A DNA stretch of 64,000 nucleotides from Deferribacterales bacterium (lineage in GTDB: Bacteria > Chrysiogenota > Deferribacteres > Deferribacterales > Geovibrionaceae), in the NCBI GenBank assembly GCA_050251945.1, contig JBFWLW010000005.1:64001-128000 (forward strand). Direction: 5' to 3'. The notes under the pieces are model-generated. The model was not told where the DNA came from, searched no databases, and saw only the letters and a list, made by a program, of their open reading frames with translations. Each line of letters opens with the position of its first letter. Positions within the stretch are counted from its first letter, which is position 1. Both the position numbers and the translations under genes were made by a program. This document shows positions 47,486 to 57,637 of this stretch, in pieces.

Positions 47486-50122
47486 ATGAATATTTCCGAC
47501 CTAATTCCCGTTAAACGGGGCGGGCTTCCGGAAACTGTGTGCGATGCACTGGAATCCGGTCTGTCAGACAGTTACCGTATATTTAACCTCTACGGACACA
47601 AGGGAACCGGCAGAACTTATTTCGCTGATTTTCTTAAGAACGATCTTAACCATGAAACCTATCTGGTCATGTATATGGACGCAGAGAAGAGCTGCGCCTG
47701 CTATCCTGAGCAGGGGCTTCTGGAGCTTAGAAACTGCGTTGTCGGTGAGACTGCGGATTTTTTCGCAGTATTTGACATATCCGTCCTTGTGCGCAGTGAA
47801 AAGATAAACGGAAAACTGAAAACAGAGGCGGAGTGTTTTTTTCAAAACAATTCTCCGATGATGTCAGAGGTTATCTCGAAAACTCCTTCAAAGTACACCT
47901 TCACGAGAAGCATGTATGATGAAGTAGGCAAAAGCTTTTCAGAGGACTGGTTCAACAGTGAGGTGCGCCCGAACGTCATAAGCATGTTCAAAGAGGCGAA
48001 CCACATGAACTGGCAGATTTGTCTGGATTGTTTTGCGTCTTCCCTCAAAAAGATAAAAGAAAAAGCGGGACTTCATCCCGTAATCATCATAGATAACGCA
48101 GAAAGTCTTTATCCCGCCTTCGACGGCGGAATGAGCTGGGTGACCAAGCTCGTTGAAAAAGCTGACTGCTCAACTATCATTTACATTTCAGAGGAACCGC
48201 TTCCGCAGGAAAGCTACGGCTATATCTCTCAGGAGATTCAGACTGAGACCTTCACACGGATGGAATCTGACGAATTCTGTAAAAAGAACGGGCTGGAAAG
48301 GGAATCCATGTCGGAACTCATCTTTGAGAATACCGACGGGCACCCTGCGCTGACCGCTTTCAGCCTTGAAACGTATAAACTGATGAAGACCAACGAAGGA
48401 CACGAACCCGGACCCGAGGTGTTTGAAAGCGATCCCCAAAGCATCGTTCACATGAACCTCAGCAGTCTTAAAACCGACGAGTCCACTATGGCAAAGCTTT
48501 TAAGCTGCTGCAGGCTTTTTGACGAAGGACTTTTTAACGCTGTCGCAGGCGAATTCACCACGACGGCTGACAAACATAACCTGTTCAGCGCTTTCATCAC
48601 GCGCAGTTTTGTGAACAGCATGGGCGGCGGATTTTACTGCATCCATCCGCTTTTCTCCATGCACAGTCACTCTGTTCTGGATTCAGACCTGATAGAGAAC
48701 GTTAACTATGCGATCTACCGCTATCACATCGGAGCGGCAGAGAGCAATTGCGAATATAACGACCTGACATATCACATAAAAGAAGCTGTTTACCACGCCA
48801 TGAACGTCATGGAGATAGACGGCTTTGTCGAGTGGTTTTCTTCGCTGGAAAAGAAATTTTTCAGTGTCGAGTTTTTCAACTTCTGGCTGGATATGCTGGA
48901 GATGGCGAAACAGCACATAGCCGGCATCCTCGGGGATACGCATCCGCAGATAGCAGTTTATTTTGATAAACTTGCATTCATGTATCTGAAATCAGGCAGA
49001 CAGCTTTCCGCCGAAAAAGTTCTTCAGGAAAGGCTTTCGGCAGCAGAGGAAAAATCGGGAAAGAACTCTGCCGACGCAGTGCCTTATATGAACAAACTTG
49101 CCAACTTCTATATAGATACAGGCGACTTTTCCGCCGCCGAAGCCATTATGAAGAAGGGACTTGAGATACGCGAGAAGTTCCACGGCAAAAAAAGTCCCGA
49201 CTATGCAGACAGTGTGCTTAAGCTGGGTAAGCTTTACCACATTGCCGGAGACAGGGAAAATGCTCTGAAGAACCTTAACGAAGCGGAAGAGATATACGAT
49301 AAAACTTTGGATGTCAAAGACAATGCACGCCTTGAGGCGGACGAGGTCATGGCGTCGATTTACAGCGCCGCCGGACAGATAGCCAAGGCAGCGCTTATAT
49401 ATCACAAACTCACCACCGTCAGAAACGAAAAAATGGGTCCCATGAGCAAAGAGGCTGTGAAAAGCCTCGGCGATTACGCCCAGATAGTGTTTAAAAACGG
49501 CAATTCACGTAAAGCAGTTAAGCTTTATGAGGATCTCATAACCAAAACAAAAAAGATATACGGCGAAAACAGCCGTATGGCAGCCGCCGCCGCAAACGAC
49601 CTTGCGGTTGCATATCAGAAAGTCAAAGAGTTTGATAAATCCGAAAGCATGCATACGGAAGCTCTGAACATTAAACAGAGTATATACGGGACAAACCACC
49701 CCAGCACCGCCGTTTCATATACGAACTTCGGTCAGCTTAAATATGCGATGGGTGATTTGCGCAATGCGGAACCTTACTACTTCAAGGCTCTTCAGATTTA
49801 TGAAACGGTATTCGGCACGCACCATGAAAAAACAGCCGTAGGGCTTAACAATATGGGATTCATAACATCCCGCATGGGTCAGTTTGACCGTGCGCAGGAA
49901 TACTATGAAAAGGCGCTTGAAATCAAAAAAGAGATAGGTGGCGAAAGGAGCATTTCCGCTGCCGCGGCAATGAATAACCTCGGCGAACTCCTTTACAGGA
50001 TAGGCAAAAAAGAAGAAGCAAAAGAGTTCCTTTCAAGCGCATATGAGATTTATAAAGAGATAATGGGCGAGGATCACGAGTATACCAAGCTGGTGGCGAA
50101 GAATCTTTCAGCAGTAAGTTAA
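47486..50122 (+). CDS. P-loop NTPase-like N-terminus plus C-terminal 42-aa TPR repeats
   Basis: LYGHKGTGRT (Walker A-like), VIIIDNAE (Walker B-like), TDGHPAL; about 9 repeats of G..HP..A....N(L/F)...Y...G....A......AL.I type. Confidence 0.8.
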   Translation: MNISDLIPVKRGGLPETVCDALESGLSDSYRIFNLYGHKGTGRTYFADFLKNDLNHETYLVMYMDAEKSCACYPEQGLLELRNCVVGETADFFAVFDISVLVRSEKINGKLKTEAECFFQNNSPMMSEVISKTPSKYTFTRSMYDEVGKSFSEDWFNSEVRPNVISMFKEANHMNWQICLDCFASSLKKIKEKAGLHPVIIIDNAESLYPAFDGGMSWVTKLVEKADCSTIIYISEEPLPQESYGYISQEIQTETFTRMESDEFCKKNGLERESMSELIFENTDGHPALTAFSLETYKLMKTNEGHEPGPEVFESDPQSIVHMNLSSLKTDESTMAKLLSCCRLFDEGLFNAVAGEFTTTADKHNLFSAFITRSFVNSMGGGFYCIHPLFSMHSHSVLDSDLIENVNYAIYRYHIGAAESNCEYNDLTYHIKEAVYHAMNVMEIDGFVEWFSSLEKKFFSVEFFNFWLDMLEMAKQHIAGILGDTHPQIAVYFDKLAFMYLKSGRQLSAEKVLQERLSAAEEKSGKNSADAVPYMNKLANFYIDTGDFSAAEAIMKKGLEIREKFHGKKSPDYADSVLKLGKLYHIAGDRENALKNLNEAEEIYDKTLDVKDNARLEADEVMASIYSAAGQIAKAALIYHKLTTVRNEKMGPMSKEAVKSLGDYAQIVFKNGNSRKAVKLYEDLITKTKKIYGENSRMAAAAANDLAVAYQKVKEFDKSESMHTEALNIKQSIYGTNHPSTAVSYTNFGQLKYAMGDLRNAEPYYFKALQIYETVFGTHHEKTAVGLNNMGFITSRMGQFDRAQEYYEKALEIKKEIGGERSISAAAAMNNLGELLYRIGKKEEAKEFLSSAYEIYKEIMGEDHEYTKLVAKNLSAVS

Positions 50123-50123
50123 T

Positions 50124-50245
50124 TTTACCTTTTATAACACTTCGCATTTCTTCGTTGTCATCAGAAAAATCTTCCTCACATACTTATGTGTATGCTCGTT
50201 GATTTTTCTTCTTCTGCCTTGAACTGCTCGGTTCTAAAAGGTAAA
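50124..50245. repeat. Type-B long-hairpin repeat, copy 3
   Basis: Perfect 11-bp ends TTTACCTTTTA/TAAAAGGTAAA; TTCGCATTTCTTCGTTGTCA...CATAC/GTATG...GCCTTGAACTGCTCGGTTCT. Confidence 0.85.
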
Positions 50246-50310
50246 GAAAATACGCAGTCTTATTTACATAAACAAAAAACCTCTCGGTTTCTGTTTTTGC
50301 ATGAATATTG

Positions 50311-50473
50311 CCGTCTCTGCGAGGAAGCCTCTGGCTGACGAAGCAGTCTGAACCGCACAGAATCTACTGAGCAATATATTAATGCTGACAATTTTAGATC
50401 GCGTCGTCGCAGTATTCGGCAATAAGTTTAGTGGACTCATTCAGCCTGCGGCTGATGCTCCTCGCGAAGACGG
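50311..50473. repeat. Type-A heterodimer with D cassette in the second unit
   Basis: CCGTCTCTGCGAG...GCAGTCT (50311-50349) and AGATCGCGTCG...AGTGGACTCATTCAGCCT...CTCGCGAAGACGG (50396-50473). Confidence 0.85.
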
Positions 50474-50512
50474 AAGAGGTCTTCTTTGGTTTTTAATCTG
50501 TTTATAATCAAC

Positions 50513-50540
50513 AAAAAACCCGCTCGGCTGAGCGGGTTTT
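50513..50540 (-). terminator. Rho-independent terminator after sor, possibly bidirectional
   Basis: AAAACCCGCTC/GAGCGGGTTTT. Confidence 0.85.
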
Positions 50541-50563
50541 ATTATTTGCAGTTTAAGCAGTTA

Positions 50564-50950
50564 TCAGAACTTAACGTCTGTTTCGCTTTCCCAGAGACCG
50601 TGGATATTGCAGTATGATGTTGCAATAAGTTTGCCGGGCTGGGTAAGTTTCAGCTTGAAAGTTGAGCAGGGGTCAGCGTGCGCGGGTCCCTGATTTGCGC
50701 CTGCAACAGCTTCGCCGTGCGCCATGTATTCAAACCTTGCAACGTTGATAAGGTTGCCTGTTTCCGGTTTGAAGTAAACTGATATCCAGTTGATAAAGTG
50801 CTCTGTTGTGTTGGGGTGGGCGATCTCTTTACCCACGGAAACCTCAACTGTGAAAGCTTCGCCTGAAACTATTGTTTCGGGCAGTACAAGAACAGGAACG
50901 TGCTTCTCTGATTTGTAATCTGCTGATTTAACAAGTTCTCCGATAGCCAT
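50564..50950 (-). CDS. sor: Superoxide reductase (neelaredoxin, 1Fe-SOR)
   Basis: EKHVP, HPNTTEHFINW, YCNIHGLWE. Confidence 0.95.
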   Translation of the reverse strand: MAIGELVKSADYKSEKHVPVLVLPETIVSGEAFTVEVSVGKEIAHPNTTEHFINWISVYFKPETGNLINVARFEYMAHGEAVAGANQGPAHADPCSTFKLKLTQPGKLIATSYCNIHGLWESETDVKF

Positions 50951-51070
50951 TTCGTCCTCCTGATTTGTTTTAGTTTGACCTTATACCTAATGTTTACCAC
51001 AAGTTTCATATTAAATCAAACCAAAAAAGTCTGATTCAAAATATTTTTTGCTAAAAATTATCTATAAGCT

Positions 51071-54000
51071 CTAAACGGTGAAATACTCCGCAGATGCATT
51101 ATGTATAATTATAGCACATGTTGAGTATTCCGGTACCATTTCATAATTTTCTGTAAGTTTGACGTCTATGTCGTTAAACTCCAGAAAGCTGTCAAGCTGG
51201 GCGTTCTGCGCAAGGTCGGGACACGCGGGATAGCCGAAACTGTATCTGCGCCCCTGATATTTAAGCGAGATCACGCCGTGTGCGGATTTCGCATCCTGCC
51301 CGTCTATGCCAAGCCCGGCGCGTATCTGTTTGTGGAAATATTCTGCCAGTGCCTCGGTCAGTTCCGTGAAGAATCCGTGATACTGGTAGTATTCCTTATA
51401 TTCGTGTGCGTTGAAAAGCTGTTTGCAAAGGTGTTCCGCCTTCTGTCCCGCAGTGACGAGGTGGAAAGCGACCACATCCTTTTTACCGGAGGACAACGGA
51501 AGGAAATAATCGGACAGGCATACGCCGCCTTCGATGTTTTGTCTGGGGAACTCGAAAACGGAGAGTATTTCGTCCGTATTATCTTTGTAAACTATAAGTT
51601 TTTCACCGTCGCTGTTACAGTTATAGAACCCGCAGATAGCGGAAAGTTCAGCAAGATTTTCTGCTTTCACCCTTGCGATTGTCTTTTCATATTCGGGATA
51701 AACAGTTTCTTTGAGCATCTTTGAATACTCGTCTTCAGCCATGTTTTTGCGGCTGTAGCCCCATCTGTGGTTGAAGAGCGCCAGCTTGTTCATGTACTCA
51801 AGCACTGAATCAATGCTGATGTTTCTGAATACTTTTGTGCCGAGGAAGGGAGCTTGCGGGATATTGTCGGTTATTTCAGGCTTTCTTATTTTAACTGTTT
51901 TTGGTTTTGCTTCTTTCATGGGTTTGTCGGGAGCTTTTGCATCGCTTTCGCCGCCGCCAAGCACCTTGAGCGCGTCAAACGCATCGCGGCAGTAATGCAC
52001 GTGTCCGGGCATTATGGGTTTACAGTCCTGTTCAACGAATTTTTCAGTGAGTGCCGCACCGCCCAGAAGTACCTTTGTGTGAACGTTCTGGCGCATCAGC
52101 TCCTCTATGTTCTCGCGCATTATATTGGTGGATTTCACAAGCAGACCGCTCATTCCGATGGCGTCCGCCTTGACCTCTATTGCCTTTTTGATCATCTCTT
52201 CCACAGGCACCTTGATGCCGAGATTGTGAACTGTGAATCCGTTGTTTGACAGTATGATATCCACAAGGTTCTTGCCGATATCGTGTACGTCGCCCTTGAC
52301 GGTCGCCAGAACAATTGTTCCGCGTGACTTTGCGTCGCTGCGTTCCATGTAGGGTTCGAGCAGGCTGACCGCCGCTTTCATAACCTCTGCGGATTGCAGA
52401 ACGAAAGGCAGAAGCATCTTGCCGGCACCGAAGAGTTCGCCCACTTCCTGCATGGCGGGGAGCATTATATTGTTTATCATGTCGATGGGCTTCACGGTCA
52501 GGCGCAGTTCATCCAGAACGGGTTCCAGTCCCGCCTTTTTGCCCCTCATTATGTGCTGCTTAAGTGTCTGATCAGCAGGGAGATTCTGCTTCTCTTCCTG
52601 CTTTTCAACGCCCTCTTTGGAAGCGAAATATTCTATGAATGTGTTGAGTGCGCCCTCTTCACCGTTCAGAAGCGCTTTGCAGTGCTTAACGTCTTCCGCG
52701 TCTATCATGGATTCCGGAATAACTTTCGATGCATGTACGATAGCCATGTCCAGTCCCGCCGTCACGGCTTCGTGGAGGAAGACGGAGTTCAGCAGGGGGC
52801 GGCTTGCCGCAGAAAGTCCGAAAGAGATGTTGGAAAGCCCCAGAACGGTCTTTGCGCCTTTAAGTTCCGCTTTGATGCGGCGTATGGCGTTCAGCGTCTC
52901 TATCGCCGCTGTTGTAAGGGTAACGTCGCCGCTTCCTATGGAAAATGTCAGCGGGTCGAATATAAGGTCTTCCGGTTTCAGCCCGTACTGTTCCGTATAG
53001 ACTTTGTATATTCTTTCCGCTATGGCGAATTTCCTGTCGGCTGTCATAGCCATGCCCTCTTCGTCGATGGTGAGCGCTATGACTGCGGACGGGTGTCTTT
53101 TGACTATATTGAGTATGCGGTGGAGCTTTTCCCCTCCGTCCTCAAAGTTTATGGAGTTTATAACGGGTTTGCCCGCATAGTATTTCAGTGCCGTTTCAAC
53201 AACGTCCGGTTCTGTGGAATCCACAACCACGGGGGCTGTGAGCGTCTTGTTAAGAAGCAGCATGAACTGTCTCATGTCCTCTTTTTCGTTCCTTCCTGCA
53301 TACGCGACGCAAATGTCTGTGAAATGCGCGCCTGTGTCCTCCTGTTCTTTTGCGACGGCGAGCATGCCCTCAAGGTCGTCTTTCAGCAGGAGTTCGCGGA
53401 AAGCCTTGCTGCCGTTTGCGTTTGCCCGTTCGCCTATGAGGGCGGGGGCAGGGGACTGCACGATTGATGTTGAAAAATAGAGACTTGCACATTCGCCCGC
53501 ATATTCACCCGCAAAGGGGGCTTTCGGCTTGTTGCGGTCGGCAACGGGGCGAAGCGCCTTTATGTGGTCGGGTGTCGTTCCGCAGCATCCGCCGAGAACC
53601 GCAACCGGATATTCTTTTATCAGTCCTTCCATTATCTCCGCCATGCGTTCCGGCGTCATGGAATAGACCATCTTTCCGCCTTTGTTTTCAGGCAGTCCTG
53701 CATTGGGCAGACAGGATATTCTTCCTGCGAAATGCTTTGAAAGCGTTGCGACCGGATGGTGCATCAGGTCGGGACCTGTTGCGCAGTTAAGCCCGAGAGA
53801 GAAGACTGGATAGTCCCTTATAACCGTGGCAACTGCTGTCAGATCGCTCCCCATGAGCATGGTTCCGTTCTGTTCAACTGTCACTGAGATCATGACGGGA
53901 GCATCGGAGCCGTTCGCCTCTCTGGTTTCCATCACAGCGTTAAGCGCCGCCTTTATCTGCAAAAGATCCTGACACGTTTCTATGATGAACAGGTCGACAC

Positions 54001-54427
54001 CGCCTTCCAGAAGCGCCTGAGCCTGTCTGCGGTACATTTCAAAAAGCTCGTCATAGGTTATCTGCCCAAGGCTGGGAAGTCTCGTTCCGGGGCCTATGGA
54101 GCCTGCTACAAACCTGCCGTATTTATCGGCTGCCTGTCTGGCTATCTGCGCACCTTTGAGGTTCAGCTCGTATGTCATCTCCTCAAGCCCGTATTCGGAC
54201 ATAACAAGCTCTGTTCCGCCGAACGTATTGGTCTCTATCACGTCCGCACCCGCCTCAAGGTACTGTTCGTGTATCTCGCGGATGATATCCGGCGCGGCAG
54301 CGTTCAGCCATTCGCTGCATCCCTGTTTCCCCTGCCAGATATCGTCATTTATTTCATATTTCTGTATGGACGTACCCATTGCGCCGTCAAATAAGATTAT
54401 TCTGTTGTCTGCGTATTCTCTGAACAT
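51071..54427 (-). CDS. metH: Cobalamin-dependent methionine synthase
   Basis: DGAMGT, LNCATGP, GGCCGT, IGERANANGS, ATVKGDVHDIGKN, RYSFGYPACP. Confidence 0.97.
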   Translation of the reverse strand: MFREYADNRIILFDGAMGTSIQKYEINDDIWQGKQGCSEWLNAAAPDIIREIHEQYLEAGADVIETNTFGGTELVMSEYGLEEMTYELNLKGAQIARQAADKYGRFVAGSIGPGTRLPSLGQITYDELFEMYRRQAQALLEGGVDLFIIETCQDLLQIKAALNAVMETREANGSDAPVMISVTVEQNGTMLMGSDLTAVATVIRDYPVFSLGLNCATGPDLMHHPVATLSKHFAGRISCLPNAGLPENKGGKMVYSMTPERMAEIMEGLIKEYPVAVLGGCCGTTPDHIKALRPVADRNKPKAPFAGEYAGECASLYFSTSIVQSPAPALIGERANANGSKAFRELLLKDDLEGMLAVAKEQEDTGAHFTDICVAYAGRNEKEDMRQFMLLLNKTLTAPVVVDSTEPDVVETALKYYAGKPVINSINFEDGGEKLHRILNIVKRHPSAVIALTIDEEGMAMTADRKFAIAERIYKVYTEQYGLKPEDLIFDPLTFSIGSGDVTLTTAAIETLNAIRRIKAELKGAKTVLGLSNISFGLSAASRPLLNSVFLHEAVTAGLDMAIVHASKVIPESMIDAEDVKHCKALLNGEEGALNTFIEYFASKEGVEKQEEKQNLPADQTLKQHIMRGKKAGLEPVLDELRLTVKPIDMINNIMLPAMQEVGELFGAGKMLLPFVLQSAEVMKAAVSLLEPYMERSDAKSRGTIVLATVKGDVHDIGKNLVDIILSNNGFTVHNLGIKVPVEEMIKKAIEVKADAIGMSGLLVKSTNIMRENIEELMRQNVHTKVLLGGAALTEKFVEQDCKPIMPGHVHYCRDAFDALKVLGGGESDAKAPDKPMKEAKPKTVKIRKPEITDNIPQAPFLGTKVFRNISIDSVLEYMNKLALFNHRWGYSRKNMAEDEYSKMLKETVYPEYEKTIARVKAENLAELSAICGFYNCNSDGEKLIVYKDNTDEILSVFEFPRQNIEGGVCLSDYFLPLSSGKKDVVAFHLVTAGQKAEHLCKQLFNAHEYKEYYQYHGFFTELTEALAEYFHKQIRAGLGIDGQDAKSAHGVISLKYQGRRYSFGYPACPDLAQNAQLDSFLEFNDIDVKLTENYEMVPEYSTCAIIIHNASAEYFTV

Positions 54428-54577
54428 CGGATTCTCCTATATGCCTATAGGTTTTATCCGAAAGAAGCCACTGTGTAAAGGGCGGATGCTGTTTTTTTGT
54501 GCGGTTTCCAATAAAATATTGATATTGAGACTGCATCGGGGTAAGATTTTGAACCGAAAAACGAAAAGGGAACGAAA

Positions 54578-55594
54578 ATGCAGGAAAAAAAGAAGATTCG
54601 CCCCAGAACAATAACTATGACGACATCAATGGAAGTGCCTATCGCAAGAGGCACCGTGGAATATATCGCAGGGATAAACCCCGAAGAGACGTGGGCGCCC
54701 GTTCTCGGCGAAGATATCGACGAAGACGGTCAGAGAGCGCTTGGCAACAAGCACCTTGAGATGATTAGAGAGGCTGAGCAGACTGAAGAATACAAACAGA
54801 AGCTCGGCGAATTTATGAAAGAGACCGTGACGCTGTTTCAGGCAATCAACAAAGGTGATAAAGACACCATGCTTCCCTATACAGGCGGCAAAAAAATCAA
54901 CTTTGTCATGGGTATGCCAAGAACAGGCGGTACAACTGTTTATAACGCGCTTTCGTCCGCATACGGCTGGCCCTGGGAAAAGCTGCTGTTCTCCATGACC
55001 CACAACATGATGCCAAACGCGCTGTTCGTTCAGCCCAACCCCTATTCAGAGTTTGACATGGGCTGGAGACTTCCGTGGAACTTTAACAACGTACTTTTCG
55101 AGCTGTGCCAGTTTCTTGTCTATGCAAGCCGCGAAGCGCAGGACAGCCAGCATATCTTCATCAAAAGCACACCCCTTTCATACGCTATAAAAATGCTGAA
55201 CTATCTGTTTGCAGATCAGGCTCAGTACATCGTGACAGTCCGCCACCCCGGCGCTATCGCTCTTACAAAGAACACTGGCGAGGAAGTGAGAAGAGAGGAT
55301 CATTTGGAAGTTATGTCCATGTGGGCAAACCTTTACTCTTCAATTGTGCGCGAATGCAGACCGCTCGGCAATATCGTGCTGGTTGAGTACGGAGAGAAGA
55401 TGACGGAGTTCATCAACAGCGTTTTCGAGAAGAAAAAATACGGCTCAAGAGCGGAAGAGACCGCCTTTTTCGAGTATGACGAATATGATAAAGATTTTTA
55501 CAACAGCGACATAGTACAGAGGTCGTTTGACTACGTCAGAAATTCTTGGAAGCTTTTCGGAATGGATTTCCCCATTCCTGAGAAATGTATATAA
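54578..55594 (+). CDS. Sulfotransferase-fold (P-loop) protein
   Basis: FVMGMPRTGGTT (5'-PSB-like), IFIKST, VTVRHP (3'-PB-like), LVEY. Confidence 0.7.
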   Translation: MQEKKKIRPRTITMTTSMEVPIARGTVEYIAGINPEETWAPVLGEDIDEDGQRALGNKHLEMIREAEQTEEYKQKLGEFMKETVTLFQAINKGDKDTMLPYTGGKKINFVMGMPRTGGTTVYNALSSAYGWPWEKLLFSMTHNMMPNALFVQPNPYSEFDMGWRLPWNFNNVLFELCQFLVYASREAQDSQHIFIKSTPLSYAIKMLNYLFADQAQYIVTVRHPGAIALTKNTGEEVRREDHLEVMSMWANLYSSIVRECRPLGNIVLVEYGEKMTEFINSVFEKKKYGSRAEETAFFEYDEYDKDFYNSDIVQRSFDYVRNSWKLFGMDFPIPEKCI

Positions 55595-55605
55595 GTTGAA
55601 AATAC

Positions 55606-55686
55606 GAGATCGCCGCGTCGCGTAAGCTCCTCGCGAAGACGAATACCAGTCTCTGCGAGGAGCCTTAGGGCTGACGCGGCAGTCTC
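55606..55686. repeat. Type-A heterodimer between convergent genes
   Basis: GAGATCGC...CTCGCGAAGACG plus GTCTCTGCGAG...GCAGTCTC. Confidence 0.85.
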
Positions 55687-55699
55687 ATAGTTATTTCGT

Positions 55700-57637
55700 T
55701 TACTTTATTCCGTTGACTCTGAGCAGGCTGTCGTTGTCGGGCTGTCTGCCTGCGAACTGCTCAAAAAGTGCCATCATATCCTGACTTCCGCCATTGCTGA
55801 GAACAGTATCCATGAATCTTTCGCCTGTTTTACCGTCGAAAACCCCGTTATCAACGAAGATGCTGTAAGCGTCGCATGAAAGGCGTTCCGCCCATTTATA
55901 GCTGTAATATCCCGCGGCATAGCCGCCTGAGAATATGTGGCTGAATCCGTTCTGAAACTTATTGTATGCCGGAGGCAGGATTATCGCGGTTTTTTCCCTT
56001 ATTTCGTCCAGTAACGTCTGCACTTCGCCGGCTGTGTATGCGTCGGCATGGATCGTCATGTCGAATATGCCGAACTCAAGCTGGCGCAGCATGCCCGAAG
56101 CCGCCATGAACGTACGCACTCCGTCCAGTCTGTCTATCATTTCATCAGGCAGAACCTCGCCTGTGCGGTAATGTTTTGCAAACATTTTAAGCACTTCTCT
56201 GTTATACGCGAAAAGTTCGAGGAACTGTGAAGGGAACTCGATAACGTCCCAGTCAACTCCGTTAACGCCGCTGACCTCCGCCTCGTCAATTTTTGAAAGC
56301 AGGTGGTGCAGAGCGTGTCCAGTCTCGTGGAACAGCGTCACAACGTCGCTGTGGCGCAGAAGGGAGGGGTTGTCCGGTGCCGCCTGCGGAAAGTTGCCGC
56401 ATATGAGACCGGAAGCAAGGACAGTATTGCCGTCCGCATCTTTGTGATGCGTCTGCCATTCGTTCATCCATGCGCCGTCCCGCTTGCCTTTGCGCGCCTC
56501 AAGGTCTGTGAACAGTCTTGCAAACACTTTGCCGTCCCTCGACATATCGTATGCCTTTACGGTTTCGTGCCATACCGGAACATCGACTTGTTTGAAGCTC
56601 ACTCCGAAGAGTTTTTCCACGAAGTCGAAAAGACCTTTTACGACGGAATCCTGCTCGAAATACGGGCGGTATTCCTGTTCGTCATATCCGCATTTGATAC
56701 GGCGGAGTTTTTCGGAGTAAAAGCCTGTGTCATAGCTTGCGATGTCTTTAAGGTCTGCCAGCTTTTTGAGTTCTTCCATCTCCTTTTTGCCCTGTGCATA
56801 TGCTTTTTCGGCAAGATCGGTGAGGAATTGCAGAACCTCTTCGGGAGTTTTCGCGTTTTTGCGCTCAATTGACAGGTCGGAAAATCTGGAGAACCCGAGT
56901 ATATTTGCCATCTCCTTGCGGAGCTTAAGATTTTTTTCGATTATTTCGGCGTTCTGCGGTGCGCGTGTGCAGAATGCGTGATACAGTTTTTCGCGTATTT
57001 CGCGGTTGGGGCCGTATGCCATGTACGCCATGTAGCTGGGCAGTTTCAGTGTGAAGCACCATCCCTTTTCACATTCAGCCGTTTTCAGATCGGGTGCAGG
57101 TATGCCCTCCACGTCTTTCGGGTCTTCGATGGTAAGCTCGAAAGAATCGGAATCTTTCAGGACGTTCTGGGAAAAATCTGTGGAAAGATTTGTCAGCTCA
57201 AGGTTTATTTCCATGAGCCTCGCTTTTTGTTCATCCGGCAGGTGTACGCCTGAGAGTCTGAAGCCTTTCAGCATCTTTTCAAGCACTCTCACCTGAGCCG
57301 GTTTTAACGTCTCTTTTTCAGCTTCATAAATGCCGAGAACCGTTTCGTAAATATCCGAGCGCTGTCCCATCTCTGTGCCGTATCTGGTTATTTCCGGCAT
57401 GCAGTAGTTGTATACGTCCTGAGTCTGTTCGGAGTTATTGACATAGTTGACATGGGACACGGGAGTGATGAACTCGTTTATCAGCATGTCTGTCTCCATC
57501 ATCGGGCGGATGAAGTTCATGTATGTTTTTTGTGGAAGCTGCAAAAGTTTTTCGATGGTCAGTTTGTTTGCTTTCAGTATATTATCAAGCTCTGTCTTTG
57601 CATAGTCGAGCTGATCTGGTCTGTAATTTTTAAACAT
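55700..57637 (-). CDS. prlC: Oligopeptidase A (M3 family)
   Basis: TLFHETGHALHH, WDVIEFPSQ, FSHIFSGGYAAGYYSYKWAE; ATG 57637 after GGGAG. Confidence 0.93.
   Translation of the reverse strand: MFKNYRPDQLDYAKTELDNILKANKLTIEKLLQLPQKTYMNFIRPMMETDMLINEFITPVSHVNYVNNSEQTQDVYNYCMPEITRYGTEMGQRSDIYETVLGIYEAEKETLKPAQVRVLEKMLKGFRLSGVHLPDEQKARLMEINLELTNLSTDFSQNVLKDSDSFELTIEDPKDVEGIPAPDLKTAECEKGWCFTLKLPSYMAYMAYGPNREIREKLYHAFCTRAPQNAEIIEKNLKLRKEMANILGFSRFSDLSIERKNAKTPEEVLQFLTDLAEKAYAQGKKEMEELKKLADLKDIASYDTGFYSEKLRRIKCGYDEQEYRPYFEQDSVVKGLFDFVEKLFGVSFKQVDVPVWHETVKAYDMSRDGKVFARLFTDLEARKGKRDGAWMNEWQTHHKDADGNTVLASGLICGNFPQAAPDNPSLLRHSDVVTLFHETGHALHHLLSKIDEAEVSGVNGVDWDVIEFPSQFLELFAYNREVLKMFAKHYRTGEVLPDEMIDRLDGVRTFMAASGMLRQLEFGIFDMTIHADAYTAGEVQTLLDEIREKTAIILPPAYNKFQNGFSHIFSGGYAAGYYSYKWAERLSCDAYSIFVDNGVFDGKTGERFMDTVLSNGGSQDMMALFEQFAGRQPDNDSLLRVNGIK

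Noticed and set aside
50960..51040. PerR/Fur-type operator upstream of sor (AATCAAAC-N7-GTCTGATT)
   Set aside because: Imperfect repeat in AT-rich DNA; plausible but not supportable from the sequence alone.
52394..53467. Long antisense ORFs (also 39552-40457, 4023-4787, 38176-38961, 60120-60893, 61097-61825)
   Set aside because: Shadows of well-supported genes on the opposite strand, with no recognisable motifs.
54428..54577. Cobalamin or SAM riboswitch upstream of metH
   Set aside because: Only a small ATCCG/CGGAT stem; GCCACTG is on the wrong strand, and the core B12-box and SAM-I motifs are absent.
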